From NCBI GenBank assembly GCA_024226235.1, contig JAAELW010000085.1:756-64755 (forward strand): DNA of 64,000 nt, read 5' to 3'. How positions within the stretch are numbered: the first letter of the stretch is position 1; each line of letters begins with the position of its first letter. The DNA is from a bacterium. GTDB taxonomy: Bacteria; Myxococcota_A; UBA9160; UBA6930. Below the pieces are notes generated by a model. It had not been told where the DNA came from. It made no database searches and worked only from the letters and a program-made list of their open reading frames with translations. The translations under genes and the position numbers were made by a program. This document shows positions 44,991 to 54,898 of this stretch, one piece after another.

Positions 44991-45848
44991 TCAGGCTAGA
45001 AGGCTCTCCGCATTCTTCGCCTCTTCTTCGACAATTTCGAGGATGGGATCCATGTCGGCCATGCCGAGATCCAGATAGCTCCAGGCGGGAAGCTCCATCA
45101 CGTCGATGGCCTCGATCGCTTCGCGTCTCCCGTAGCCAAGCCGGCTGCAACAGCGTGTCGCCACGGCTGTCAGCGCAATCAATCGACCGGCCTCGGGCGG
45201 GCCGTCGGGATAGTCTGCCGGATCATGGTGGTGGTAGCAGATTGCATGAACCAGCCGTTCCGGCAGCTTCCACTTCTCACCGACCAGCGCACCCAGCTCC
45301 GCATGGTCGAAGCCGAACTCCTCGCGCTCGGCATCGCGAAAGGCAATTCCTTCATTGTAGGTCCGCATGATGATCTTGGAGTATTGCTCGCGGGCCGAGT
45401 TCGCAAGCGCGATCTTTCCGAGATCGTGGAGAAGCCCGGCGGTGAACGCCGATTCCCTGTCGACATCGATCGGCCCATAGGCCGACAGTCGTGCCGAGAC
45501 GGCACCGGCCAGGGTCGAATGCTCCCAGAGGAGCTTCTCGGACAGACCGAAGTTCGTGAAGACGTCGCGAAGTGACGCGGCCATCACCAGATTTTCGACG
45601 GTTCGAAAGCCGAGCAACGCAATCGCGTGGCGCAGGGTCTCGATACCGCGAGAGAACGCGTAGAGGGATGAGTTGGCCACCTTGAGAATCCGAACTGCGA
45701 GGGCGGGATCCGTTTCGATCACCTGGCGGAGATCATCTGCGCTGGTGTTGGGATCCGCGGTAGCGGTCATCACTTTGCTGGCAACAGACGGAATCCCGGG
45801 AAGATCTCCGACGACAGCTAGATACGGCTTGAGTCGATCGTTCATCAT
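44991..45848 (-). CDS. HDOD domain protein
   Basis: 285 aa; LPGIPSVASKVMTATADP...LRQVIETDPALAVRILKVANSSLY...TLRHAIALLG. Confidence 0.85.
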   Translation of the reverse strand: MMNDRLKPYLAVVGDLPGIPSVASKVMTATADPNTSADDLRQVIETDPALAVRILKVANSSLYAFSRGIETLRHAIALLGFRTVENLVMAASLRDVFTNFGLSEKLLWEHSTLAGAVSARLSAYGPIDVDRESAFTAGLLHDLGKIALANSAREQYSKIIMRTYNEGIAFRDAEREEFGFDHAELGALVGEKWKLPERLVHAICYHHHDPADYPDGPPEAGRLIALTAVATRCCSRLGYGRREAIEAIDVMELPAWSYLDLGMADMDPILEIVEEEAKNAESLLA

Positions 45849-45853
45849 TTCTC

Positions 45854-46660
45854 TCAGGATGTAGGGGAAGGCTGATTGATTGGGAGCATCGGACGCGCAC
45901 CGCGCTGCGCGGGGCCCCGGCGGGTGAGCAGGTATCTCGCCAACCGGCTGATCTCTTCGGACGAAGACGCACCGGGGAAAGCTTCGACGACGGCTTGCTG
46001 ACGAGTCACGGCTTCTGCAAGCCTCGCGTCCAGTGGTAGATAGCCGCGATACGGCGGGCTCTTGCCCAGAAAACGTTTGGCGACCCGCCCGAGACTCTCG
46101 TGGATCGCTCGCGCATCGATCTCACCGCGAGCCAGGTTGACCATCACCTCGACGGGCAGGGTCGGCGCCTCGCGATTCAGCACTTTCAGCGTCGCGTAGG
46201 CATCCGCCAGACTCGTCGGGTCCCGGGTCACGAGCAACAGGGCGAGATCACAAGCCGAAGCGAGTGTCACGACGGCCGGCCCGACTCCGGCACCTCCATC
46301 GACCAGCACCAGATCGAACCGTTCAGTGGCCTCGAAGAGCGGGATCAAGAGTCCCGCCAATGAAGCCGGACGGTAGGTCGGAAGATCCATCCTGCCAGAT
46401 GCTGCGGGCATCACCCGGATCCCACGAGGCCCAGCGATCAGTGCTTCATCGAAGCTGCAATTTCCGTCCAGCACATCGGCCACCGTCCGCAGTGGTGTCA
46501 GACCCAGCAGGACATCGATGTTCGCCAGGCCCAGGTCACCATCCACCACCAGCACCCGAGCGCCGAGTCCGGCCGCAGCAACCGCCACGTTCGCGACGAG
46601 ATTGGTCTTGCCGACCCCGCCTTTTCCACTGACCACTGAAACCAAAGCCCCTCTTGTCAC
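45854..46660 (-). CDS. flhG: MinD/ParA-type flagellar number regulator FlhG (FleN)
   Basis: 268 aa; deviant Walker A SGKGGVGKT; GTGA overlap with the flhF stop. Confidence 0.9.
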   Translation of the reverse strand: MTRGALVSVVSGKGGVGKTNLVANVAVAAAGLGARVLVVDGDLGLANIDVLLGLTPLRTVADVLDGNCSFDEALIAGPRGIRVMPAASGRMDLPTYRPASLAGLLIPLFEATERFDLVLVDGGAGVGPAVVTLASACDLALLLVTRDPTSLADAYATLKVLNREAPTLPVEVMVNLARGEIDARAIHESLGRVAKRFLGKSPPYRGYLPLDARLAEAVTRQQAVVEAFPGASSSEEISRLARYLLTRRGPAQRGARPMLPINQPSPTS

Positions 46661-47817
46661 GCGGCAGCTCCCAGCACGCCCTCGGCGAGCTCCGTCGGAT
46701 CTGGAACACGGAGATCTCCGGGTACTTTCTGACCGATGCCGAACCAGGAGAGCGGAGGTGCATCTTCGTCGAGAAGCAGATTCACGATATTCGTGAGACC
46801 GGAACTCTCGTCCGCCTTGGTCACGATCAGGCTGTCGGGCGTCAAGGGCCCGAATCGCGCAATCTGTGCGCGTAGATCCTGCTCCTTGGTCGTTGCAGAT
46901 ACCACGAGCTGGACGTGTACCTGATCTGGAAGTGCATTTCGAAGCGCCCGAAGCTCTGGAATGCAGTTCACGTCTCCCGGGCTGCGTCCGGCCGTATCGA
47001 TGAACATATGGCGCTTCGCGAACTGACGGGATCGTTCCGCCAGCGACTCGGGCGATACGGCCACGTCGAACGGCACCTCCAGGTCACGGGAAAAGCGACG
47101 CAACAACAGTTCAGCGCCATAACGATGGGCATCGGTCGTCACGACCGCCAGGTTGCGTTCGACCGCCCGGCGCAGGCCTGCCACCTTGGCCAGGCTCGTC
47201 GTCTTGCCGGCGCCCGTCGGCCCGACGACCATCGTGATCTTCGGATCATCGTCCCGATCCGGCTGGAAACGCGCCTCGAGGCGAGAGGCCAGGCTCATCA
47301 AGCACGCATCGTAGACGTCCTCTTTCGGAAAGGACTGGGCCTCTGCCGCCAAAGTGAAGGCGTGGCGGGGTTCGAGTCCGGCAGCCAGGAACGCATTCAG
47401 GTAGGGACGCGCACCCGTCATGTGGGGCCGCTTCAAATCGGCCACCATCTGGCGAAGCTCCGCGATCTCCACCGCAATCGTCAGAGGCTCGTCACCGCCG
47501 ACCGTCAACGCATCTACGGATCGGCGCACTGCCTTCACCTCGGATTCGATCGGATCGATCAACGTCCGGGCGATCTGGATTTCGCGCCATCCCCTGTCCT
47601 GGGAGGCGTTCTGGGGTGTCGTACCGTGAGCTTCCGCTGCGCGATGGTCTCGGTCCACCGCAGCCGTCACTTCGACGACGGGCTTCGCCAGCATGCCAAA
47701 GACACCTTCCCGACGAATCTGTCGGGTTTGAAGGATCAACGCCTCCGACCCCAACTCCTTTCGGACCTGGGCAATTGCCTCGGGCATCGTCGATGCTTCG
47801 TAGCGCTTGATATGCAT
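46657..47817 (-). CDS. flhF: SRP-type GTPase FlhF
   Basis: 386 aa; GPTGAGKTT, IDTAGRS, TKADES. Confidence 0.9.
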   Translation of the reverse strand: MHIKRYEASTMPEAIAQVRKELGSEALILQTRQIRREGVFGMLAKPVVEVTAAVDRDHRAAEAHGTTPQNASQDRGWREIQIARTLIDPIESEVKAVRRSVDALTVGGDEPLTIAVEIAELRQMVADLKRPHMTGARPYLNAFLAAGLEPRHAFTLAAEAQSFPKEDVYDACLMSLASRLEARFQPDRDDDPKITMVVGPTGAGKTTSLAKVAGLRRAVERNLAVVTTDAHRYGAELLLRRFSRDLEVPFDVAVSPESLAERSRQFAKRHMFIDTAGRSPGDVNCIPELRALRNALPDQVHVQLVVSATTKEQDLRAQIARFGPLTPDSLIVTKADESSGLTNIVNLLLDEDAPPLSWFGIGQKVPGDLRVPDPTELAEGVLGAAA

Positions 47818-47831
47818 GGGTCAGACTCCGT

Positions 47832-49922
47832 TCATGAAGGCAGGGGAGCGGCCTCAGCCAGCTGCACCTGCCCAGTCGCGACGATTCGCACGTCCGGCGG
47901 AAGCTCGTTATGGGACACCACCGCGATGCGTGGCTCGCTCCGACTGAGAAGCTGCCGCAGCGGGGAGCGGAGCTGCTGCGGAGAGAGCAGGACATGGCCG
48001 GTATCGCTCGAAGCCGGGAGCGCCTGAACCTGCGCCTCGACCCCGCGAACCAGCCGATCCAACGTGCTCGGATCCACTGCCAGGAATGAACCACCCTGCG
48101 AACGTTGCATCCCATGTTTCAGGGTCTGCTCCAGCCCGGGCTCGAGCGTGATCACCTTGAGGGTTCCTTCCGAATCGATGAACGGCCGGGTAATGGTCCG
48201 CCCCAGGCGTTCGCGCACGAGATCGGTGAGCAGGTCCGGGTCTTCGATCTTGCCCGCGTACTCGGCAAGCGTTTCCAGGATGGCACCGATGTCGCGAATC
48301 GAGACGCCTTCTTCGAGCAACTGGCGCAAGGTGTGATGCAAGGTGGAGATGCTCACCAGGCTCGGCACGATCTCTTCCACCACTTTCGGAGACTGACGGG
48401 AGAAGGCGTCGAGCAGTTCCATCACCTGCGAGCGGGTGAGAAGCTCCGGCGCGAACCGTCGAATCGTCTCGGCCAGGTGCGTCGCCAATGCGGAGGCCGA
48501 ATCGACGACCGCATAGCCGGCCGAGGTCGCCCGATCCTTGTCGCGATCCTGGATCCAGACAGCGGGCAGCCCGAATGCCGGATCCTTGGTGACGATGCCG
48601 GGAATCTCTGGAGCCCCCTCTCCAGGCTGGATCGCCAGCAGCCGACCGGGCGGAATCCGTGAGCGAGCCACCTGATTGCCGCGCACGAGGACGGCGTATT
48701 CGCCTGGCTCGAGTTGCAGGTTGTCGCGAATATGGATCAGCGGAATGACGAAACCGAGTTCGGTCGCCAACTGCTTGCGCATCGCCCGCACCCGTGGCAA
48801 CAGATCACCGCCCCGGTCCGGGTCTACCAGCGGAATCAGGCCATAACCGATTTCAAGCTCGAGATCATCGAGCGCAAGTGCTCCGCGCACTTCTTCCTCC
48901 TCTGAGACCTCGGGCTCGGCCGCTTGGAATTCAGGCTCGATCTGATCGGTCTTCTTCTGCATTTCGGTCACGGTCCGGGCGAAATACGCCGCACCCGCAG
49001 CCAACCCTGCGAACGGCAAAAACGGAAATCCGGGAATCAATGCAATGATGCCCAGCATGCCAGCCGCTCCATAGACGGCACGCGGCTGCGCCATGATCTG
49101 ATTGCCGAGCTCTGCTGACAACGTGTCACCAGCCGCAGCGCGGGTAACTACCATGCCTGCAGCGGTCGATACGATCAGGGCGGGAACCTGGCCGACCAGT
49201 CCATCTCCCACCGTGAGGAGCGTGTAGGTCTGGACCGCATCCATCACGCCCATCCCACCCTGAATGACACCTACTCCAAGGCCGCCCAGGATGTTGACTG
49301 CCATGATCACGAGACCGGCGATCGCGTCACCCTTCACGAACTTGCTGGCGCCATCCATCGCGCCATAGAAGTCTGCTTCTCGCTGGACGTCTTTTCGGCG
49401 CTGCTTCGCCTCCGCCTCGTCCAGGATGCCCTGGTTCAGATCCGCATCGATGGCCATCTGCTTGCCGGGCATCGCATCGAGAGTGAACCGCGCCGCAACC
49501 TCGGCGATACGGCCAGACCCCTTCGATATGACCACGAAATTGATCGTCACAAAGATCAGGAAGAGGATGATTCCGACCAGGTAGTTGCCACCTACCGCGA
49601 TGTCACCAAAAGCCTGGATCACGCGACCGGCCGCATCCGGGCCATCCGCTCCACCAATCAGGATCAACCGCGTACTTGCGACGTTCAGACCGAGACGGGC
49701 GAGCGTCACGATCAATAGCAGGGACGGAAAGACCGAGAAATCGAGCGGCCTCTCCACGTAGAGAGCCACCAACAGAATCAATAGCGAGATGGTGATCGAG
49801 AACGCGAAGAACAAGTCGAGGAGCGGCGGCGGGAGCGGTACCACCAATAGCGCCAGGATCCCGAGGAAGACCCCGCCCAACAGCACCTCGCTTCGCTGCA
49901 CCGTCACGAGGCGGCACCCCAT
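47832..49922 (-). CDS. flhA: flagellar export gate protein FlhA
   Basis: 696 aa; N-terminal TM region with FPSLLL and LNQGILDE..., C-terminal cytoplasmic domain. Confidence 0.95.
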   Translation of the reverse strand: MGCRLVTVQRSEVLLGGVFLGILALLVVPLPPPLLDLFFAFSITISLLILLVALYVERPLDFSVFPSLLLIVTLARLGLNVASTRLILIGGADGPDAAGRVIQAFGDIAVGGNYLVGIILFLIFVTINFVVISKGSGRIAEVAARFTLDAMPGKQMAIDADLNQGILDEAEAKQRRKDVQREADFYGAMDGASKFVKGDAIAGLVIMAVNILGGLGVGVIQGGMGVMDAVQTYTLLTVGDGLVGQVPALIVSTAAGMVVTRAAAGDTLSAELGNQIMAQPRAVYGAAGMLGIIALIPGFPFLPFAGLAAGAAYFARTVTEMQKKTDQIEPEFQAAEPEVSEEEEVRGALALDDLELEIGYGLIPLVDPDRGGDLLPRVRAMRKQLATELGFVIPLIHIRDNLQLEPGEYAVLVRGNQVARSRIPPGRLLAIQPGEGAPEIPGIVTKDPAFGLPAVWIQDRDKDRATSAGYAVVDSASALATHLAETIRRFAPELLTRSQVMELLDAFSRQSPKVVEEIVPSLVSISTLHHTLRQLLEEGVSIRDIGAILETLAEYAGKIEDPDLLTDLVRERLGRTITRPFIDSEGTLKVITLEPGLEQTLKHGMQRSQGGSFLAVDPSTLDRLVRGVEAQVQALPASSDTGHVLLSPQQLRSPLRQLLSRSEPRIAVVSHNELPPDVRIVATGQVQLAEAAPLPS

Positions 49923-50992
49923 GACACCGCTCTACGCGGATCCAACCGGTAGATGTAGGCCAGCACTTCTGCAACAGCCTGGAAGAGGTTGTCCGGAACC
50001 GGCTGCCCGACCTCCGTGGTCTGGTGGAGCATTCGCGCAAGCGGCGGATTTTCGACGATCGGAATGTCCGCATCCTCAGCGGCCTGCCGAATGCGTTTGG
50101 CGACATGGCCTCGGCCCTTGGCCACCACTTCGGGCGCTCCCATGATTTCGCGGTCGTAGCGGAGCGCTACGGCGTAGTGGGTCGGGTTCGTGAGGACCAC
50201 GTCCGCATCCGCAACGGCAGAGATCATCCGAGAGCGAGACAGCTCCCTCTGCATCTGACGGAAGCGGCTGCGTACGTGCGGGTTTCCCTCGCGTTGCTTC
50301 ACTTCTTCCCGAACCTCACGCTTGCTCATGCGAAGACGCTTCTCGTAGCGCCAGCGCTGGTAGAAGAGATCCGCAGCGGCCATCAGTGCCAGCACGGACA
50401 GGATGGCAATCGCCAGACGCCGGGAGAGCAGTCCGATGGTGGCGAGCCCGGGGCCGATGTCGGTGTCGGCAAGCCCGATCACCAAGTCCATCTCACCGCC
50501 GATCACCGACCAACCGACGGTTCCGACAATGCTCACCTTCAGGATCGCCTTCACGAGATCGAACAGCCGATCAGGGCTGAACATGCGCTTTGCGCCTTGA
50601 AGTGGACTCATCCGGTTGGCCTTGAACGCCAACGCCTCACTACTGAGCAGCGGACCGGTTTGAAGGACTTGTGAAGCCGTGCCAGCGGCAGCGAACAACA
50701 ACATGATGGGCAACACCGCAAGAGCCGGATGGCTCACATGACCCAATAGCAGCGAACGAAAGTCCGCGAGAGTCTCCGGCGGTGCCCCGATCGCACTCCA
50801 CGACGAGCGCGCCACATCGGACAGTGCGGTGACGACCCCGATTCCCAGTGACGAACCCAAGGCCAACATCGCGGCCGTGAGGATGACCACATGCTGAATC
50901 TCGCGACTCTGAGCCACTTCCCCCTTGTTGCGGGCTTCTTCGCGACGCTTTGGCGTCGCGGTTTCGGTCTTTTCTGCTTCTTCTTCGGCCAT
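49904..50992 (-). CDS. flhB: flagellar export switch protein FlhB
   Basis: 362 aa; TETATPKRREEARNKGEVAQSRE and NPTH autocleavage site (LTNPTHYAVAL). Confidence 0.95.
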   Translation of the reverse strand: MAEEEAEKTETATPKRREEARNKGEVAQSREIQHVVILTAAMLALGSSLGIGVVTALSDVARSSWSAIGAPPETLADFRSLLLGHVSHPALAVLPIMLLFAAAGTASQVLQTGPLLSSEALAFKANRMSPLQGAKRMFSPDRLFDLVKAILKVSIVGTVGWSVIGGEMDLVIGLADTDIGPGLATIGLLSRRLAIAILSVLALMAAADLFYQRWRYEKRLRMSKREVREEVKQREGNPHVRSRFRQMQRELSRSRMISAVADADVVLTNPTHYAVALRYDREIMGAPEVVAKGRGHVAKRIRQAAEDADIPIVENPPLARMLHQTTEVGQPVPDNLFQAVAEVLAYIYRLDPRRAVSWGAAS

Positions 50993-51763
50993 CTAGCGCA
51001 CTCCCAGCACGGCCTGGATGGCCTCGCCGGTGAAGTTCTGGATCGTCCGTGCCATCACATCCGTGAGCGGTCCCGCACCCAGGCCCAGGATCAACAGCGT
51101 CGTCGCTACATGCGCAGGAAGCTGCAGCGCCATCAGATTCAACTGGGGAATGGCTCGTCCCAGGATTCCCACTGCAACATTGGAAATGATCATCGCGGCC
51201 GTGACTGGAGCGGCGAGGTGGACGGCCACGCGAAAGATCACACCGCCGAGTTTGACGACGGATTCGAAAGCTTCGAGATGAAACGTCATCTGCCCGACTG
51301 GGAAGACGGAGAAAGAGAGTGCCAGGCCGCGGAGGACTTCGTGGTGACCATTGATCGCCAGGAAGATCAGTACACCGAAGATCTGGATCATCGATGTCAG
51401 AACGACCGACGACGAACCACTTGTTGGATCCAGCACGGTGGCAGCACCGAGGCCCCCCTGGATGGAAGCGAACTCGCCCATCAGTGCGAGGCCACTGAAC
51501 ACGAGGCCCGATGCAAATCCGAGCATCGCGCCGATCAGCACTTCCCGTGCAACCAGGCCCCACAGGCTCGCAGCATCCAGCAGGACGGGATCCGGTGCAG
51601 TTCCGAAGCGGGCACCCGCGGCCATCGCGACACCCATGGCCAGGCCCACCCGGACACGCATCGGTATCGACGAATGGCTGAAGAACGGCGCCGTCACGGT
51701 GAGCGCAATGAAGCGGACCATGACCAACCCGAAGGTCCAGGTTTCATCCAGCGGAAATGTCAC
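50993..51763 (-). CDS. fliR: flagellar export apparatus protein FliR
   Basis: 256 aa polytopic membrane protein in the fliQ-fliR-flhB position. Confidence 0.9.
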   Translation of the reverse strand: MTFPLDETWTFGLVMVRFIALTVTAPFFSHSSIPMRVRVGLAMGVAMAAGARFGTAPDPVLLDAASLWGLVAREVLIGAMLGFASGLVFSGLALMGEFASIQGGLGAATVLDPTSGSSSVVLTSMIQIFGVLIFLAINGHHEVLRGLALSFSVFPVGQMTFHLEAFESVVKLGGVIFRVAVHLAAPVTAAMIISNVAVGILGRAIPQLNLMALQLPAHVATTLLILGLGAGPLTDVMARTIQNFTGEAIQAVLGVR

Positions 51764-52029
51764 GGGCCGCCCGTCGCTACCTGACCCATCAGCCGGGTTC
51801 CGAAATCGACCAGACTGGACATCAACCAGGGAAACGTGAACGCAAAGACACCGAGTGTCAGTACGATCTTCGGCACGAATGAAAGGGTCTGCTCGTTGAT
51901 CTGGGTCGCAGCCTGGAAAATCGACACGGTCAAACCCGACAACAGGGCCGTCGCCAGAATCGGCGCTGAGAGCATCAATGCCATCCGGATCGTCTCCTGG
52001 AGGAGAGCGCTTACTTGTCCAACATCCAT
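51760..52029 (-). CDS. fliQ: flagellar export apparatus protein FliQ
   Basis: 89 aa; two TM helices; SIFQAATQINEQTLSFVPK. Confidence 0.95.
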   Translation of the reverse strand: MDVGQVSALLQETIRMALMLSAPILATALLSGLTVSIFQAATQINEQTLSFVPKIVLTLGVFAFTFPWLMSSLVDFGTRLMGQVATGGP

Positions 52030-52039
52030 GGGTACTCCT

Positions 52040-53113
52040 TCAGCGCAGCCCGCTGATCAGCGAGCCGAGCACGAGGTTCCAGCCATCCAACAACACGAAG
52101 AGCATCAGTTTGAACGGAAGCGAAATGACGATGGGCGGCAGGACGATCATTCCCATCGAAATCAACATCGAGGCGATCACGAGATCGACGACGAGGAAAG
52201 GCAGGTAGATCATGAAGCCGATTTCGAAGGCGGTTCGGAGTTCGCTCAGCATGTAGGATGGGAGCAAGGTCGTGAAGGGCACGTCGGCCAGGTCTTCGAC
52301 CTGATCCGTGCCGGAAATCTCGAGGAAGAGATTGAGGTCCGACTCCTGAGTCGATTGGAGGAGGAACTTCCGCACCGGGTCGATCGCCAGCTCAGCGGCT
52401 TGCGAAGCGTCGATTTCCTTGGCGACATAGGGCTCGTAGGCATCGACCCGGATTTGATCGCCCAGAGGAGCCATCACGAACATCGTCGTGAAGAGCGCAA
52501 GGCCCACGAGCACCTGGTTCGGGGGCAGATGCTGCACACCGATGGCCTGACGCAAGAAGGCCAGCACGATCACGATGCGAGTAAAACTCGTGGCCATCAA
52601 CAAGATGGACGGTGCAACACCGACCAGCGTGAAGAATGCAACCATCTCGAGAGTCGAATTCAGCTGCTCTGGGTCTTCGAGACCATCGATACTGATCGTG
52701 AGGCCACCTTCCGCAAATGCAGGATCGCCTGACAGGAATACGGTGATCAGCAACAGACCGAGTGACGCGCCCCCCTGGATGAGACGACGAATCGGATTCG
52801 GTAGAGCCGAGGTTTCCGGTTTGGCTTCCGGCTCGGGAGCCTGGCTCTCTGGCAGGTGATGAAGCATTGCCAGGCCGCTCTCACTCGAGCCCACGAGCAG
52901 GCGTTCGCCGGCGACTTCGACCACGTGCAAGCGCCTGCGTGAGCCGAGGGCGCACGTCTCGACCACGTGGAGCCCTCCCGGCTTTCCACCCGTACCCGCC
53001 AGTCCCGTCCACTGGAGCACCACGCGCAGCAACGCGAGACATCCCAGTACCACCAATAGCGCGGACCCTGTTTCGACCAACGCTTTCCCTCCTTGCGTCG
53101 GCACCTGGCTCAT
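52040..53113 (-). CDS. fliP: FliO-FliP in one reading frame
   Basis: Residues 1-~100 are FliO-like (TM, then LHVVETCALGSRRRLHVVEVAGERLLVG). Residues ~118-145 are a FliP-type signal peptide (IRRLIQGGASLGLLLITVFLSGDPAFA). A canonical FliP core follows (LLMATSFTRIVIVLAFLRQAIG). No stop and no convincing internal start/SD. Confidence 0.85.
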   Translation of the reverse strand: MSQVPTQGGKALVETGSALLVVLGCLALLRVVLQWTGLAGTGGKPGGLHVVETCALGSRRRLHVVEVAGERLLVGSSESGLAMLHHLPESQAPEPEAKPETSALPNPIRRLIQGGASLGLLLITVFLSGDPAFAEGGLTISIDGLEDPEQLNSTLEMVAFFTLVGVAPSILLMATSFTRIVIVLAFLRQAIGVQHLPPNQVLVGLALFTTMFVMAPLGDQIRVDAYEPYVAKEIDASQAAELAIDPVRKFLLQSTQESDLNLFLEISGTDQVEDLADVPFTTLLPSYMLSELRTAFEIGFMIYLPFLVVDLVIASMLISMGMIVLPPIVISLPFKLMLFVLLDGWNLVLGSLISGLR

Positions 53114-53415
53114 GAGCCAGGTGGTTCGACCAACATCTCCACAATGCGAACGGCGAGCCGATCTTCCTCGACAGTCACTTCACCTCGGGCCAACAGGCGT
53201 CCGTTGACGAGGACATCTGCCGGTTGCCCTGCGGCGCGATCGAGTTCGACCACCGAGCCCTTGCTGAATTGAAGGACCTCCCGCACGAGCATGGATGCGG
53301 AACCGACCTCGACCGTGACCCGCAGGGGGACATCGATCACGAGATCGAGAGAGCCGCTTCCTGTGGCAGCCACTGTGGCTTCTGCCACGGTCTCGTCCGG
53401 TTTTTCCTGCTCCAT
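53110..53415 (-). CDS. fliN: flagellar motor switch protein FliN
   Basis: 101 aa; IDVPLRVTVEVGSASMLVREVLQFSKGSVVELDR...NGRLLARGEVTV. Confidence 0.95.
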   Translation of the reverse strand: MEQEKPDETVAEATVAATGSGSLDLVIDVPLRVTVEVGSASMLVREVLQFSKGSVVELDRAAGQPADVLVNGRLLARGEVTVEEDRLAVRIVEMLVEPPGS

Positions 53416-53427
53416 TCCCGTCCGCTC

Positions 53428-54348
53428 CTAGAGGCTTTCGACCAGCTGAACGGCGAGCTGTGCACCAACCGCACCGCGCACCGCTACGTATTTCGGCTCC
53501 TCTTCGATCCGCACGAGGAGGCCTCGGCTATCACTTCGCTCCAGCGGGATCACGTCTCCAACCTGCAGCGCAGCCACGCGCCGAAGCGCCACTTCGGCGA
53601 ATCCGGCCTCGACGCGAACGCTGACAGGCATCTCCAGGACCTCGCGATGTATCCCCTGGGTAATTCCTGCTCGCTCGACATCATCGACCGGGGCTTCCGC
53701 CTCTTCTGCATCCGCCGCATACAGCCCGTAATCCACCAGAACTCGGAGCCGGCAGAGATCTCCCAACCCTTCGACATCGAAGCTGGCAAGGGCCCACTTC
53801 GATGAAGCCTGGGGCATGAATTCGGGTTCGAGAAGATCGACGACCCGGATCTCGACCGAACTGCGAGAGCTCCAGGCGGTCTCGAGGTGACGAACCAGCT
53901 CCGCGGCGGCGCGTCGCATGAATCGTTCCTCGATCCTGGTGAAGTGTCGCTCCGGGACCGTGATGACGGGGGTGCTCTCCTTCGCGCCGAATGCCAATGC
54001 CAGCCAGGCGAACAAGAAGGAGCGCCCCAGAAGCAGGTAGATACAGTGGCCACCCGGATCGAGGCGAAGCTCGATGACGCGGTCCACCGGAAGCAGCGTC
54101 GCGGTGAATTCACGCATCGCCAATTCGTCGACATCCAGCACTTTGAGTACGATGCTCCGCTGGTGAAGGGTCGACAGCGCCCGGGATTGGCTGTCTGCAA
54201 ATTCACCAAGGAGGCGGATGAGCGGCACGAGGCGCCCATTCGAGGTTTCGGGGAACGCATTCGCTGCCCCGGAACCTGCCCGCAGCTCGTCCAGAAGGGC
54301 GGCAAGCTCCTCCCGGCTGAGCAGTTCCTTGGTATCGGCTTCGCTCAT
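53428..54348 (-). CDS. fliM: flagellar motor switch protein FliM
   Basis: 306 aa; N-terminal LSREELAALL (CheY-P docking-type motif); middle and C-terminal FliM/FliN-like domains. Confidence 0.9.
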   Translation of the reverse strand: MSEADTKELLSREELAALLDELRAGSGAANAFPETSNGRLVPLIRLLGEFADSQSRALSTLHQRSIVLKVLDVDELAMREFTATLLPVDRVIELRLDPGGHCIYLLLGRSFLFAWLALAFGAKESTPVITVPERHFTRIEERFMRRAAAELVRHLETAWSSRSSVEIRVVDLLEPEFMPQASSKWALASFDVEGLGDLCRLRVLVDYGLYAADAEEAEAPVDDVERAGITQGIHREVLEMPVSVRVEAGFAEVALRRVAALQVGDVIPLERSDSRGLLVRIEEEPKYVAVRGAVGAQLAVQLVESL

Positions 54349-54351
54349 CGT

Positions 54352-54873
54352 CTATTGCACCACGAACTCGGTGAAGAGCACGGATTCGACTCGTCCACTC
54401 TTGAGCAGGGAATTCACCCGGTCACGTAGATCGTCTTTCAGCAACGCCTTGCCCTCGAAATCGCTGATGTCGGAGAGGCGCTTGCTCGAGAGCAACAGGA
54501 TGGTCGTATCGCGAACCTGGGCGACGCGGCTCTCGATCTCGAGTTTGCCCTCCGAGGTGTTCATCTCGAAGGCCACCTGCATCTTCAAATAGCGGGGATA
54601 GCCCTCGCCAGTGACGTTCACGACGAAAGGGTCGAGCGAAAAGACGCGCTCCTTGAATTCGACATCGGGTTCGATGGGCTCGGCGTCCTCGGCATCAGCC
54701 GTCTCGGACGCATCCGCGGGGGGCGACTCGTTGCCACCCAACATGAAGTAGGTGCCACCAGCGCCGAGACCCAGCGCGACCAGCGCAGCTGCCAGGATCA
54801 GCAACCAGGGCTTGCCGGCTTTCCCGCCGTCACCCTCTTCTTCGGTCGTGTCGTCGGTCTCTTCGTCTGCCAT
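54352..54873 (-). CDS. fliL: flagellar basal body-associated protein FliL
   Basis: 173 aa; single TM then FSLDPFVVNV...YLKMQVAFEM. Confidence 0.9.
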   Translation of the reverse strand: MADEETDDTTEEEGDGGKAGKPWLLILAAALVALGLGAGGTYFMLGGNESPPADASETADAEDAEPIEPDVEFKERVFSLDPFVVNVTGEGYPRYLKMQVAFEMNTSEGKLEIESRVAQVRDTTILLLSSKRLSDISDFEGKALLKDDLRDRVNSLLKSGRVESVLFTEFVVQ

Positions 54874-54898
54874 GGATCCTCCTTACCGCTGGGCCAGA

